64,000 bases of DNA from Gordius albopunctatus (lineage: Eukaryota). Where the stretch lies: contig OZ193909.1 in assembly GCA_964276515.1 (NCBI GenBank), positions 7,254,001-7,318,000 of the forward strand, given 5' to 3'. Of the stretch, positions 50,262-64,000 are shown one piece after another (position 1 is the stretch's first letter; every line of letters begins with the position of its first letter). Made by a program: the position numbers and the translations under genes. The notes beneath the pieces were generated by a model that was given only the letters and a program-made list of their open reading frames with translations, made no database searches and was not told where the DNA came from.

Positions 50262-53200
50262 CAGTGGCGTAGCTAGCCTTTTTGCCTTGGGCGGGGGCTG
50301 AGTTGATCAATTAGGGGGGGGGGGGACAAAAAACATTTCCCTACCCACACCTTTAATAATAAAAATTTATTCTGTTTTGCCCCCCCCCAATCCAAACCCT
50401 AAATCCGACCATGGGTCAAATGCAATTAAAAAAAATTTCCCTCCTAAACGTTGGACAAACTTAAAATTCCGTTACTACTTTGTGTATTTTTTCTATTAAC
50501 ATCACATAAATATGTCCTCTCATGTTTATAGGGCATAAAATAAATAAAATTTATTCATAAATGAAACAAAGTGATGTAGTTGAAACAATATAAAAAATTT
50601 CACATGGTATAATAAGTTTTGTATAAATGAATTGTAAGGGTAAAAGTGGAACGGGGATATTGACAAGAAATCGTTGGCATTTTAAAAAATAATGCAAATA
50701 GTTATAAAACTATATAACAAAGTTTTTATAACAATTATTGCCACAACCCCAAAAATCTTGGCCATATATATAACAAATTTTAATTTTACATATGCAATAT
50801 TGGCGGCATTTTCAGGCAGCATTTATATCTGGAAAACAATGAGAACATTTAAAAGCCTTTTTAATGTGATCCTCAAAAGGCGGAATTATAACATAAAATT
50901 TAAAAAAACTAATTATAAAATTAAAATTCTTCAAGAATGAGTATATAGAAGTTATTACCCCTGATATTATGGATATATTTGTACAACCTCCCCCCCCCCT
51001 TTACATCACCTAAGAATTAAACTCGGGCCTTCGGCCCTCGTGGGAAGGGGGAAGGGGAGGAGGGGAGGGAAGGGGGAACTCATCTACACTCCGTATAAAT
51101 GTATCATATTTGCTATGCAATTTATGGAAATACTTACGTGAATATTGCAAAACGAAGGTTGGAAGCACTAAATAAGTGTATATGCCAAATATCATAAAGG
51201 GGGAGAGAGGGAGCGAAGGGGAAGCTTTATGGTTAGTTAAATTCTACGGGAAACAGTTGTATTAATTTATATTTAGGTAGACAAATTTTTACTTGTCTAT
51301 TTTTAAAGACTATTTTTAATATAGGAAGAAAATTTGGAGGGAAATAAGCAATAATTTTTTCACAAAATAAATTCAAAAAAATGGAAATCCTAAATTTTTT
51401 AAAAGTGCCCGGGGTTAGTCATAACCCGTAAATTAACTCTGACGTTTTCACTTTTTTTAGTGTAGGCTAACTCATATCAATAAAAAGATTGTTTCTTTAT
51501 AAAAAATGTAGAAAATGCAAATGTAATATGATTATTTTTTCTTTTTATCATGCCATTTGTAAAACACAATGAAAAATGGCTAGCAATAGCCCCTCTCCGA
51601 CTAGCCCCGACCCCTATTTTAATAAACAATTAATAATGTAGATAAATGAAAGACAAAACCTAATTTTATGCAAGAACACAAAAAAACAAAATATAGTAAT
51701 CTTTAAAATAAATAATTCAATGTGTAAAAATGTATATGAAAGAATATTAATGTTGAAAACCTAAACACTAGCACATGCAAAAAACAATCATGAACAAAAT
51801 ATCACATTTGAGAATAAATAAAAATATTACATTATTTTTTATGGCCTCTAGTGATTATGGGTCTAACAAACATTATATTATAAAACACCGCAATGTTAAG
51901 AATTTGCAGAATTGTTGGGAGAAATTTTTTGTTGAATTTGAACAATTTTTAATTAAAAAAATCAAAAATTTGGCCAATGGTCATTTCTTCTGCATTGGTC
52001 AGTACCAACAGATACTCTATAAGTCAATGATAGCCAAAAAAACGGAAAAAAAATTTTGATGCTCACTTTGGCCAACCCATTGGTCAGCAGCCAGCACACG
52101 GTAAAAGTGGATATAAATTCATAAGAGTAAAAAAAAACGAAAAAAAAATTTTCGAATCACATTTTGTCCAAAGGTCATTTTTTTCCATTGGTCAGCAGCC
52201 AGGACACGGTAAAAGTGGATATAAATTCATAATAGTCAAAAAAAACGAAAAAAAAGTTTTCGAATTACATTTTGGCCAATTGTTATTTTATTCCATTGGT
52301 CAGCAGCCAGCGGACGGCCAAAAAGTCATAATAGCAATGGTAGGAACAGGAACAATCATAATAGTAAAAAAAAACGGAAAAAATAATTTCGATTCACATT
52401 TTGGCCAACGATCATTTTTTTCCATTGGTCAGAAGCCAGGACACGGTAAAAGTGGATATAAATTCATAACAGTCAAAAAAAAAGAAAAAAAAAAATTTTC
52501 GAATCACATTTTGGCCAATGGTCATTTTATTCCATTGGTCAGCAGCCAGCGGACGGCCAAAAAGTCATAATAGCAATGGTAGGAACAGGAACAATCATAA
52601 TATTCAAAAAAAAACGAAAAAATAAACTCGGATACACATTTTGACCAATGGTCATTTTTTTCATTGGTCAGCAGCCAGCGGACGGCCAAAAAGTCTTATT
52701 ATCATAGATAGTAACAAGAACAATCATAAGAGTCAAAAAAAACTCCGGGATTCTAACCCAAAAACTAGATAAATTGCATAGCAATTATTAAAAAGTATAG
52801 GGTAATTATCAATGTTAACCTATTCAAAAACGAACAAAAAATTTCGATTTATTTGGCCAATGGTAATTTTTTTCAATTATCAATGTTAACCTATTCAAAA
52901 AGGAAAAACGAAAAATTAGGATTTATTTGGCCAATGTTCATTTTTTCATTGGTCAGTAGCCAGCGGACGGTCAAAAAGTCATATTATCAATGGTATTAAC
53001 AAGAACAAAATATTAAATTAATTAAAAAAATAAAAATTTTGCCCTCTCCGGGATTCGAACCCACATTAAATAGAGGCATAAGCCTTTGGAGGGGAACAGG
53101 GAACCATATAAATAGAGCCATAGGCCCTTGTAGGGGAGGGCATAGGGTAATTATCAATGTTAAACTATTCAAAAACGAAAAATTAAAAATTTCGATTTAT

Positions 53201-55183
53201 CTGGCCAGTGGTCATTTTTTCATTGGTCAGTAGCCTGCGGACGGTCAAAAATTCATATTATCAATGGTATTAACAAGAACAATATATTAATTTAATTTAA
53301 AAAAAAATAAAAATTTTTGTCCTCTCCAGGTCTCGAACCATCAATTTAGAACGTTCGCCGGGATTCAAACCCACATTAAATAGAGGCATAAGCCTTTGGA
53401 GGGGAACAGGGAACCATATAAATAGAGCCATAGGCCCTTGTAGGGGAGGGCATAGGGTAATTATCAATGTTAAACTATTCAAAAACGAAAAATTAAAAAT
53501 TTCGATTTATCTGGCCAGTGGTCATTTTTTCATTGGTCAGTAGCCTGCGGACGGTCAAAAAGTCATATTATCAATGGTATTAACAAGAACAAAATATTAA
53601 TTTAATTTAAAAAAAAAAAAAAATTTGTCCTCTCCGGGTCTCGAACCCGCAACCTCCAGGTCGGGAAGCTGGTGTAAATAACTTGGTGGGCGACGGACGG
53701 ACGGACGGACAACCAAAAACGAGCCCAATAAATTGCATAGCAATTAAAAATGAAATAATAAATTTAACGGCTAAATGAACGTAAAAATATTCTGTCACAA
53801 TTAAATGAATCAAAATTTTATTTGATAATTTTAAGTGAAATTAGAGATGCACAGAACAACTTAGCGTCCAAAGACAAACATAATGAATTTTTTAGGATTT
53901 TTATCCCTTGAAAGTTTTGATGCGTTAAAAATTGTCTAAAAAATTCAGGAATTTGTTATTAATTTATCAAACCTTTGATGGGATATCACTAATAAAGGGG
54001 AAAAAATGGTGTACAAACAATTTTTTGGAAAGCTATTGGCTTTATATGTGCATGTGGTACATAAAAATATGCAAGATATGTTAAACAATAAGCATATGAG
54101 AGAGAAGGACAATTAAATTGAATCCAGGATGAAATTTTCGTAAATTTAATAATATTTTAATATATTTTGAAAGTATTAAAAAGTTTAAAACAAGTTTAAA
54201 AGCTCAGATAATTTTTCTTTAAATATTAAAATTAGTCTTTAGTAGTTCATTACGCTTTTACACGATGTTGCAAACGAATTTATAATATCATCCGGTGGAA
54301 TAACATTTATAAACTCATGTTTCTAAGCTCAATAAAGCTAAGGAAGATAACCTATCCTATCTTGTCCAATTGTGGAACGAAGATAAGTTTTAATCCGTTT
54401 TAGCAATGAGAACGATCTTTCGCATGAACATGAAGTTATTGGGATAGTTAAAATTATTTTAATTAAAATAATAAAATTTGGAAACACTACTGAGGGCAAA
54501 ATTTTAATAAGTGAAAAAATATCATTGCATTTTATTTTATTAGAAGATAAAGAGTTATAATGTGTTACAAAATTTTTGCCATTTTTATTTCGCCGTCTTC
54601 CAGTTTTAATTCATAATGGTTAATTATTTCTGATAAAAGATATTTATCGCAAAAAAGGGGGATGAAGGGTTTAAACCTTCTAAGAACTTATATAAATTAC
54701 AATTAATTCCCGAAGATCTTATGTTTAATTCTGCTATTATTCTATCGATGATAGGATAATATAAATCAATTTTGAAATCAGTTAATGAATTAGTAGATTC
54801 AAAAGAGTAAAATGTGTCATACTTTTTTGGTTTTTTTAATACGTTTAGAAGGTAATAAATCAAAAATTGCAGCTAAATCTTTTGTATTATTATAAAGAAT
54901 TTGATAGTGGTCCTCATTTCTAATATAATTTAAAGTTAATATTAGGTTATTAAGCGTTGTAATTGCATTTATTAAACAAATATTTGGGATTTGAAACTCA
55001 ATAATTATAACTTTTATTCAGAAACAATAATAATAATCTTTATATTGTTTCTTAATTAAGATGAAAAAAATAATGGCGGAAGGGGCCCGGGGGCCCAAGA
55101 TTTTTCCCTTGGGAGGGCCCATGGGGCCCGGTTTTTGCTCTTGGGGAGCCCGGGTCCCCTGGCCCTCCCTAGCTACGCCACTG
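50262..55183 (-). mobile_element. hAT transposon (decayed) inserted in the gag zinc knuckle
   Basis: TIR CAGTGGCGTAGCTA / TAGCTACGCCACTG; perfect TSD GGTGTGGT at 50254-50261 and 55184-55191. Minus-strand remnant TSCSCERSFSLLKRIKTYLRSTIGQDR and YYPIIDRIIAELN. Confidence 0.9.
51019..53747 (-). mobile_element. Longest HINE/DINE-1-like copy with tandem arrays
   Basis: Hairpin end, subTIRs, (GTCC)n at ~53694-53710, 108/129-bp array 51970-52740, and a ~310-bp unit duplicated at 53040-53640. Confidence 0.87.
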
Positions 55184-56248
55184 GGTGTGGTAAACCAAAC
55201 CACCTGGCTCGCGATTGCTGGTCAAATCCGCCGTCAAAAACCATAGCTAGCTTGAAATACGATGAGGCGGTAACGAAAGCTGAGATCGACGTTTTAATCA
55301 ATCAGAGACCGTTCACTTTTCAATTCGATACTGGTGCAGCCTGCACAGTCATTGATGAACTGACGTTGCTTAGCATCGGGAAACCACCATTATCGCCAAG
55401 TTCAAATATTTACGGTTATGGCAAAACTAAAATCCAAACTTTGGGGAAGTGCAGTGCAGGGGTAGAAGTAAACAATATATCACATGTCATAGATACGCAT
55501 GTTGTAAAGGGGAAAGGAAAATTAATTTTTGGTATACCTCACATCATGAAATTTAATTTATCACTTCCATCAATCATTAAATTAAACGTTATTTCCGATG
55601 AGAAAATATTTTAACTGAAGACAAAGTTGAGGCAATTAAAAATTTTAAAGTACCAATTAATCGTACAGAATTGAGATCATTCCTAGGTTTAGTTAATTAT
55701 CTTGGGAGCTATATTTTCCAGTTACAGTCCAAAAGTTCAATTTTATATATATTAACATCTGCAAAAGTAAAATGGAATTGGAGAGATGATCACGAAAATT
55801 TATTAAAAGTTTTATTTAATATGCGAACGACGGTAAATACCACCACTTGTATTAGTCGGGGAAGGTATGTTCAATAGAAGACTTCGAAGAATTTCAGAAA
55901 CTTCCCTATAAAAGAGTATCGGTGCCAACTGTCAGATACCCTCAAGGTTCCGCTTAAAGGGGGGAGAAGTGTAGTGTAGCGGCATTCAAGGTTGCAATTT
56001 GAATACACGCGGTTTTTCCTATACTTGAGCGGGGTCCCAGATATTTGATTATACGCGTAGACATTTGAATACCCCTTAGTTTACACCGTACTTAGTATCT
56101 TTTATTTGATTTCTACTTTTATATATGTCCTTCGTTATGTGTATATAAAGCCCTATCCACCTAATAAAAGAGTCTCTGTTTCTTGATTTCGTCTCTTGGT
56201 TTAGAATCTGAGTTTAGTCTTATATCTCCCGGCCACTACGGCCACTTC

Positions 56249-57200
56249 CAACTAGGAATTTGACTTAATTATAATACCTTTTCAAGAAATGTTCTTAATC
56301 TTAGCACCTTTAGGAACAACAAGAAAATAATATGTTATGGGTGTGGTAAACCAAACCACCTGGCTCGCGATTGCTGGTCAAATCCGCCGTCAAGAACCAT
56401 AGATAACTTGAAATACGATGAGGCGGTAACGAAAGCTGAGATCGACGTTTTAATCAGAGACCGTTCACTTTTCAATTCGATACAGGTGCTGCTTGCACAG
56501 TTATAGATGAACCAACGTGGCGTAGCATAGGTAAGCCACCCCTAACACCGGGTTCGGAGATATATGGTTATGGCAAAACCAAAATTCAAATTTTGGGGAA
56601 ATGCAGTGCCAAGGTAGAAGTTAACAAAATATCCCATGTCATAGATGCACATGTTATTAAAGGTAAAGGAAATTTGATTTTCGGTATCCCTCACATTATT
56701 AAATATAAATTATCACTTCCACCAATCATTAAATTTAATATTATTTCCGATGGAAAAAAAATATTTAACGGAAGACAATATTTTCAAACAGTTTCCAAGA
56801 GTTTTTAGTCAAAAATTGGGTAAAGTTAAAGACCTTAAAGTCGTGATTGAGGTGGAAAAAACAGCATATCCCATAAGCTACACGGCGAGACGGGTACCAT
56901 TTCCCATGCGTCAAGCTATCGAAAAAGAATTGAAACGTTTAGAAAGTGAAGGGGTTATTAGAAAAATTGATCCAACTACAACTTCAATCAAATGGGCAAC
57001 ACCTACGGTTAACATAAGGAAGAAATCCGGTGACGTCCATATATGTGGTGATTTCAGAGTGACATTAAATAAATATCCATCAAAGGATAACGATCTTCTC
57101 CCAACGGTCAAGGACGTTGCAAGTGAAATATCGGGTGGTTAAATATTTTCGATCATAGACCTAAAAGATGCTCTTTTGCAATTACAAGTTTCGGAGCCTT
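56249..57200 (+). mobile_element. Gypsy copy 2 fragment (gag end, protease, RT N-terminus)
   Basis: Duplicates 50160-50260 and 55184-55610, then RRVPFPMRQAIEKEL..WATPTV..ICGDFRVTLN..FSIIDLKDA. Confidence 0.85.
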
Positions 57201-57249
57201 TCACTGCACTTCCCCAAAGTTTGGATTTTAGTTTTGCCATAACCGTAAA

Positions 57250-59092
57250 TATTTGGACTTGGGTGGTTTGGTTTACCCAGAGTTGTTAAGGTGTGCGCAC
57301 GTCAAGAGCGCGCACCGGATTTGCGGTGCGACGTGCTGGTGCGCGCACTTTTTTATAACAAAGAGCGAGTGCGGGTGCGCGCACCTGATTATGTAGATGC
57401 GGGTGCGCAATTGCGCTCCTGTTTTGCGCACATTAAGAGTTTTACAATTTATTAATTTATTCGAAATTGTATTATATCGCATATTTCACAAATTAAATTT
57501 CTACTGATTTACTATATATAACATACATCTATGTTCCCGGTGGAGAAGATAACAAGGCAGGAAATTGGTTACTAACGATAGACAATAAAAATAATCTAAC
57601 CGCGATATTTCACATTATTCACGTATTTACTTTATCAATTAACGATTAATCTTTACACTTTTGAACTCGTCGCTTAATAAATAAACTATAGAAAAACACT
57701 AAAACGATTGAAGTTGAAGTTTAATAAGATTAGAAGTTTAAAAACACAGACATAATTTGATTAAAGAATTACAATAGAATATTCAAATAATGCTAATATA
57801 TTTAATTCAGCGTTTTTGGAATATTGTCATCTCCCGTTACTATCTTAATATTTCAAACACTTTTAGACCTATCTTTACTATCGTAAGTATCACATATAAT
57901 GATCAAATTACAATTAATTTTCATTAAAATATATTAAATTAGGTAATTAATTTTAATTATTATTTTGTATTATTGTATTGGCTGTCATAGTACTCCTTAT
58001 CCAATTTTTTACTCTTTTCTTTTCTCATTGCTTATATATAACACTTTAATATGATAGTGAGTTATGGAAATAGAAGAATCACATGAAAATATTTTTGATT
58101 TCCAAAATATGCTAATATGTTTAAACTTAAAGATAATCAGCATAATACACTTAATTTTGAGGTGCAATGTCTTTTATGCAATGCCAAACTCAAGACTTCT
58201 TCTAGATCTTGTTTCAATTTGACTAGGCATCTAAAGGTAATCTTGTTACTTATTTTTTATTTAATAATTAAGTAAAAAAAATTTATAGAGATTTTGTTAT
58301 AGTGCAATCAAATTTTATGTGCGGGTGCGAGTGCGCGCACCTTTGTTAAAACTGGTGCGAGTGCGCGCACCGAATTTTCCTCAATGTGCGAGTGCGAGCG
58401 CGGCACCGGTTTTAGAAGTGCGTTTAACAACTCTGGGTTTACCACATCTATAACATACTATTTTCTTGTTCCTAAAAGTGCTAAAATTAGGAACGGTTTT
58501 AGAAAAAATATTAGAATTATTCCAATTTCCAAATGTTTTATCCCGATTAACATTTCCCTGTAATAATAAATCAAATTTTTATCAGAATATATCCGTATTA
58601 AAGATTCCTTAACCTCCTCGTAAGCTATACTATCAATATCCTTTGGATAAATTTTACTTCTTAATTTACTCAGGTGAATCATGCCTATATAAGCTAGCAA
58701 CACCAATTTTCTCAAATCTCCGTTAATTTTTCTAAGACGAAAGATTAATTCCAATTGATTAATCATCAATATTTTTAGTTGAATCATATGGCGTAATATC
58801 TCTAACCCAATCAAGAGAATTTCCAGAATTTGATCCGAATTTTGAATCTATATCGGGCTTCTTCTTGGTCATTCTGATTAACAAAGGCTAGCAGCACTCA
58901 TTATGGAAAAGTTTTTCCTCCTCGCCAAATGTAACGAAGTGGCTGTAGTGGCCGGGAGATAGAACACTAAACCCAGATTCTAAACCAAGAGACGAAATCA
59001 AGAAACAGAGACTCTTTTATTAGGTGGATAGGGCTTTATATACACATAGCCAAGGACATATATAAAAGTAGAAATCAAATAAGAGATACTCT
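57250..59092 (-). mobile_element. Gypsy copy 3, inverted (partial LTR, PBS, gag)
   Basis: On minus: LTR end ..CACTTCGTTACA at 58930, PBS TGGCGAGGAGG, and gag homologous to 49545-49892. Confidence 0.85.
57278..58435 (+). mobile_element. Non-autonomous hAT with BED remnant
   Basis: TIR CAGAGTTGTTAA..TTAACAACTCTG; perfect TSD GGTTTACC; GTGCG subterminal repeats; VQCLLCNAKLKTSSRSCFNLTRHLK at ~58160-58237. Confidence 0.9.
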
Positions 59093-60436
59093 TAACAAGA
59101 TATTGGTAGAAGAGCGAATCCCTAATCAATGGAGAGCAAGCACGGTTATACCATTATTCAAAGGCAAAGGAGACCCTCAGGACTGCGGCAATTACAGAGG
59201 TATCAAGCTAACTTGCCACTCCTTGAAGCTTATGGAAAGAATCTTAGTAACAAGGCTGAAAAACGAGGTGGAAATATCGGCTAATCAATTCGGATTCGTG
59301 GCCGGCAAATCCACAATCGACCCAATCTTCGCCCTAAGACAAATGATGGATAAGTATGGTGAAAAGAGGAAAGACCTACATATGGTTTTTATCGACTTGG
59401 AGAAAGCTTATGACACGGTCCCCCGCGATTTAATATGGTGGTGCCTGAGGAAGCAAAATATCCCTGACGCATATATACGGCTTATGAAAAATATCTATGA
59501 AACCTCAAACTCTTGTGTTAGGACGACAGTTGGAGACTCTAAACCTTTTCGGGTTAATATTGGACTACATCAAGGCTCTGCCTTAAGTACCTTTTTATTT
59601 AATATAATTATAGACACGATAACGAGGGACCTTCAAAAGCCATCGCCATGGTGTATGCTATATGCCGATGATATAGTACTATGCGAGGAAACAAGGGAGA
59701 AGGTATTCGAAGAAGCAGAAAAGTGGTCAAAGCGCTTAGCTGGATATGGTTTAAAGGTCAACGATCGAAAAACGGTATACATGGAAATGAACGGTACAAG
59801 CACCCATCGCTGGATGACCACCTAAAGTACCCAAAAGTAGACAGGTTTACTTACCTCGGCTCTATGCTACATCAAGAGGGAGGTTGCGCAACTGAAATCA
59901 ATGCCCGGATCCAAAAAGGATGGCTTAAATGGCGAAGTATATCCGGTGTAATGTGCGACAAGAAAATGCCAATATGGTTGAAGAGCAAAGCTTACAAATC
60001 CATCGTAAGACCGGTGTTACTCTATGGAAGTGAAACATGGGCATTAAACACCACGGAAGGAAAGCTATTACAAGCCACGGAGATGAGAATGATACGGTGG
60101 AGCTTGGGGTATACTAAGCTCGACCATATGACGAATGACTTTCTCATGACAAAAATGGGTATTCAACCTATGGCGGACATGATTAACGAAAATCGGCTAA
60201 GGTGGTATGGGCATATACTAAGAAGGGACCCGGATGACGTAAATCGAAAATTGCTAGACATGAAAATACCGGAAGAGAGGAAGAGGACGACCCCGTGTCA
60301 CGTGGAAAAGGCAAGTCGATAAAGTTATGGAAACTAAAGAGATTAGTCAAGACATGGCACTAACCCGGTCAAGATGGAAGAGACTCATCAAAACAAACCC
60401 CACCAATGTGGGACCAAATAACTGATAAAGAAGAAG
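59093..60436 (+). mobile_element. RTE-clade LINE, 5'-truncated
   Basis: RT motifs PLFKGKGD..CGNYRGIKL, QFGF, FIDLEKAYD, GLHQGSALS, LYADD; frameshift ~59800; FTYLGS..LLYGSETW..RLRWYGH; GAAGAAG tail. Confidence 0.92.
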
Positions 60437-61418
60437 TGTTTATATTTAAGGAAAAAGTGTTTACCTTCTTTTTCTTTCCCTCCGCCAGCTGGCATACATT
60501 ATTCAAATAGGTTTTGTTTGCTTCTATCATTCTGCCCTATTGGCCTAGAATAGGAGAACATCTCTTTCTTTTGCTGTAGCTCACAGAGAAGGACACTAAA
60601 ATGCTTGCAATATTTAACTTTCCTCATCAATAACGGTTTAATTTATCAACAATATTAAAAGTTAAAACTGCAGATTTTTTGCACAATGTTTATATAATAA
60701 TTCCAAATTGCCATATATTATATGATTTTTTTAAAGATTCTATAGAAGTTATAAAAACCGGCGTTAAAATCGTTACGAAAAGTAGGGAGGAATTTTGATG
60801 CCTGGAGGGGGTGGAATTAAACGCGAATAAGGCCCTAAAAACGTTAAAAAGGCCATTTTTTACACTTTTAACCTCTTTTATCAAAAAATCTGAACGATTA
60901 GAATTAAAACTATTAACATAATATTGTTCACCATAAAATTCCTACAGAATATTTGTCAGATCGCGGGATGTAATCACAAGGTCAGTATGTTATTATTTAG
61001 TTTCGTTAAATTTTAATGGCATATTTTAAAAATATCCATTGCATTTGTTGCCAGTAATCATTGTCCCCTTAAATGTTTTAATATATTCTATTCACTATTT
61101 AATAACTATGTTAAACTTATTTATGAAATTGGCCTTTTACTAAATTGACTTTCATTTAATATCGTCACTGAAAACAAATAATTATGCCAGGTAAATCAAT
61201 TGACATAAGGATGTTGGCGAAATTTAAATTGAATCTGCCAATTCGGGTAATTGTAAATAGAAACTAAAGGTAGTGTTGGCATTCGGTGAAAGGTTTATTT
61301 ATTTAGCTGTTGTATGCATAAACCCCTGCCTAAATATTAGGGCGATGAATAACCTATAAAATAGTATAGTCTTTGACATTATTTACAATTTAATTCGTCG
61401 TTTAAAACTTTAAATTCA

Positions 61419-62292
61419 ATGGCTCTTTTACGCTCTGCCCTTTCAATTATAAGTGTTATCTTATTGCTTTCAAGCAGGATCCATCACGTTGGTAAGAGTC
61501 CAAATTATTGCTAATACTTTAAAATTTAGCAACTTTCAATTAAGTTATTTTGATACTTTTGTTGAACGTCATAACAAAATTTATTCAAATTAGATAGTGC
61601 ATGTGTTTGCGTTGCGGGTAATACCTGCACCACAGTGAACGGTACCATACCATACTCAATTCCTGGTGAGATGAATTGATCACTTTAAATATTAAATATA
61701 CATGCTAGCAAGCATAAAAATAAAGTAATGTTTTATTGATTATTTAGTTACTAGGCAAATAGTTGCTCCAATATTTAGCAGAGGCAGCGCCGCAGCAGCG
61801 GCTCTATCAAGAGACTGTGGAGGGGCATTTCAAGTTTCTCAAGGGTTAGCCAGCGCAACATCAAACACTTTCCAAATTTGTATGGAATTTATTGGTTAAA
61901 CTTAATTTAAGTGTTCCATTTTAACAGTCGCGAGGTTGACAAATACAGCCACTAGTGTAGTTGTACAAGATTTTCCCTTAGTTTATGGAGCCCCTACTGT
62001 GATTCTTGAAGCATCCGTCACCATGGCACAAGGACCTAATCAAAGTGGTCAAAGATGGGATCTAATAACTATAACTGGTGACCTAAACGCCGATGATCGA
62101 TCTTTAAGCCTCGTGGTAATTGAAATCCATTTCAATTCATTTGTCCTTGTTTTTAATTCGAAAATCTTTTTAAGAACTAAAACAATTAATAGGCAATAAT
62201 AGATGTTAATAAAATTTATTTAGCTCACACCAGTTTCTCCCACAAATCGAAGAGGCTCTTTGATTAGATCAAGCCGCTTAACAGGAATATAA
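61419..62292 (+). CDS. Small secreted protein of unknown family, 5 exons, ~177 aa
   Basis: Exons 61419-61491 (MALLRSALSIISVILLLSSRIHHV, signal-like), 61594-61665, 61748-61879, 61928-62115, 62224-62292. GT-AG and in phase. TATAAA about 65 nt upstream and AATAAA at ~62359. Confidence 0.75.
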
Positions 62293-62956
62293 TATATGGA
62301 TGGTCATTTTAATATATATTTCTTGATTGCGAATTTTGTTTTATTAGCATGTTATACAAATAAATTTCAAGAAAATATAATGACTTGGTGATTTTGCATA
62401 TATTAAAGGAGTTTAGAAAAATTGACTAGGATAAATTGTCGCAATATAATTGTGACTGGACAATTATAGTTAAGATCATCCTGAGGGATCGTTTTAATTG
62501 TCCCTTTTTAAACACCTTTGCAAATTTAACAATAAAAATAAAAAATAAGTATTTGTGCAAGACGAACTAAATAAATATTCAAAAAATCTGTACAATCTTT
62601 ATAACATGACAGTTGTTATTAATCATAGAACACTTATACAATTATATACACAAATCACGAGTGAATATTAATTAATGTTTTGGTTTTTATAAAAGAATTA
62701 ATACTAATTATAAATATTAATTTCACATTTTGATTGGTAAATATCAATTAAATATCCATCTTTTTTTGTAATTAAATCGATTTAATTGCATATTCGAGAG
62801 AAAAAATAAGTTATGAGAATGAACGAAACTGAAAATTCATTTGTGAGAACATAAATGAATTGGTGACATTTTCTAAACCCATTCAAAAATTTTAAACCTT
62901 GCGCTCATTTTATTTATTGACGACCACATATACTTAAGAATTAAATTACAATAAAC

Positions 62957-63929
62957 TAGTGCTGGCTGTAAATGAACGCGTTCAAATTTTATAAACGCGT
63001 TCTTTTGGTGAACTTTGAACCTGAACGCGTTCCTTTTTTTGATAAACGCGTTCGAATTTAACGTTCGTTCAATTTTAAAAACCCTTTTTTGTTTTTATTT
63101 ATTTGAAAATTAATGTCAATCTGAATTTTTAACAAAAAAGTATTATATTTTTAATCAGCTGTTTTTATTCCGAAATACTTTTGACATATTATAACGTGCA
63201 AAAGAAGATAAGATTAAAGTTAATTATTATTAATTATAGTTTAATTTATAGGTTAATATGGACAATCATAATATTATATCGTCGTCATCTTCAGATTCTG
63301 AATATTCAAAATCAGCAGATGAATTGAAATTTCCATGGCCAAAGTGAAATAAATATTTTTCACTCATTTCATATAAAGGACCAAATTCAATAATTACTAA
63401 ATGTAAAAAAGAATAAACTTTTAGTTTTATTAAAAAAAGGGATTGAAACCCCTAGAATTGATAATGAAAGAGCTGTCAATTGCGAGATATCATTTTTTGG
63501 CGAGGAAGTAGAATGCGCATTGAAGGATGATATCTTGTCGCAATTTTTTGAAGCGAGGGACAAAACATTAAAAGTTTTTAATAAAATTCCTCCTTTAAAA
63601 AATTTGTTTATTAAGTATAATACTCCAATCACCTCATCTGCCCCTGTGGAGCAGGTTTTTAGTAAAGCTAATGCTGTATTAACTGCCAAACGTTCCTGCT
63701 TATCAGAATACAATTTTGAAAAACAATTATTATTAAAAATAAATAAGAAAATAGATTATATTGATTTATAATTATATTGTCGAAATAAAACTATTATTTT
63801 TTATCATGGCTATTTATTGTATTAAAAAATATAAGACATTTATTTATATTAAACTTTAAAAAAATATATCATAAAATTTTGAACGAACGTTGAACGCGTT
63901 CGATTTTTTTACAAATGTTTACAGCACTA
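62957..63929 (+). mobile_element. Internally deleted hAT element (same family as 20986-22041)
   Basis: Ends TAGTGCTG..CAGCACTA; perfect 8-bp TSD CAATAAAC; YNTPITSSAPVEQVFS dimerization remnant. Confidence 0.92.
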
Positions 63930-64000
63930 CAATAAACTAAATATATTATTAAAAATTGTTAAAACTTTGTAAAACGTACTTTCGTAAATGGGCATAGCGA

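Larger units (their letters stand above)
49364..56248 (+). mobile_element. Gypsy element copy 1 (gag-protease, deleted pol, PPT, 3' LTR)
   Basis: PBS TGGCGACGAGG at 49502; gag 49545-50150; zinc knuckle split by a hAT; FQFDTGAACTVI protease; LRSFLGLVNY; PPT AAAGGGGGGAGAAG; LTR 55970-56248. The LTR piece at 49364-49497 is inverted. Confidence 0.85.

Overview
AT-rich eukaryotic (invertebrate-like) genomic window with spliced genes and densely nested transposons. Three host genes could be rebuilt by hand with phase-consistent GT-AG introns. (1) WDR59/Sea3 (GATOR2 subunit): minus strand, 15 exons, 47244->28846, about 1386 aa. (2) A small secreted protein with six EGF-like modules: minus strand, 10287->2992, with an inverted, transposon-disrupted paralog at about 20830-22772. 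(3) An orphan secreted protein of about 177 aa: plus strand, 61419-62292. The rest is mostly mobile DNA: a family of Helentron/DINE-1-like (HINE) elements carrying hairpin-rich higher-order tandem arrays and tRNA-like T-arm segments, several hAT elements and MITEs with 8-bp TSDs, a Helitron, two CRE-like RLE retrotransposon insertions with 5' inversions, a Penelope element with an inverted pLTR and hammerhead-like cores, a BEL/Pao element, several Gypsy/LTR remnants and an RTE LINE. Homology calls come from motif recognition only; no database searches were run.
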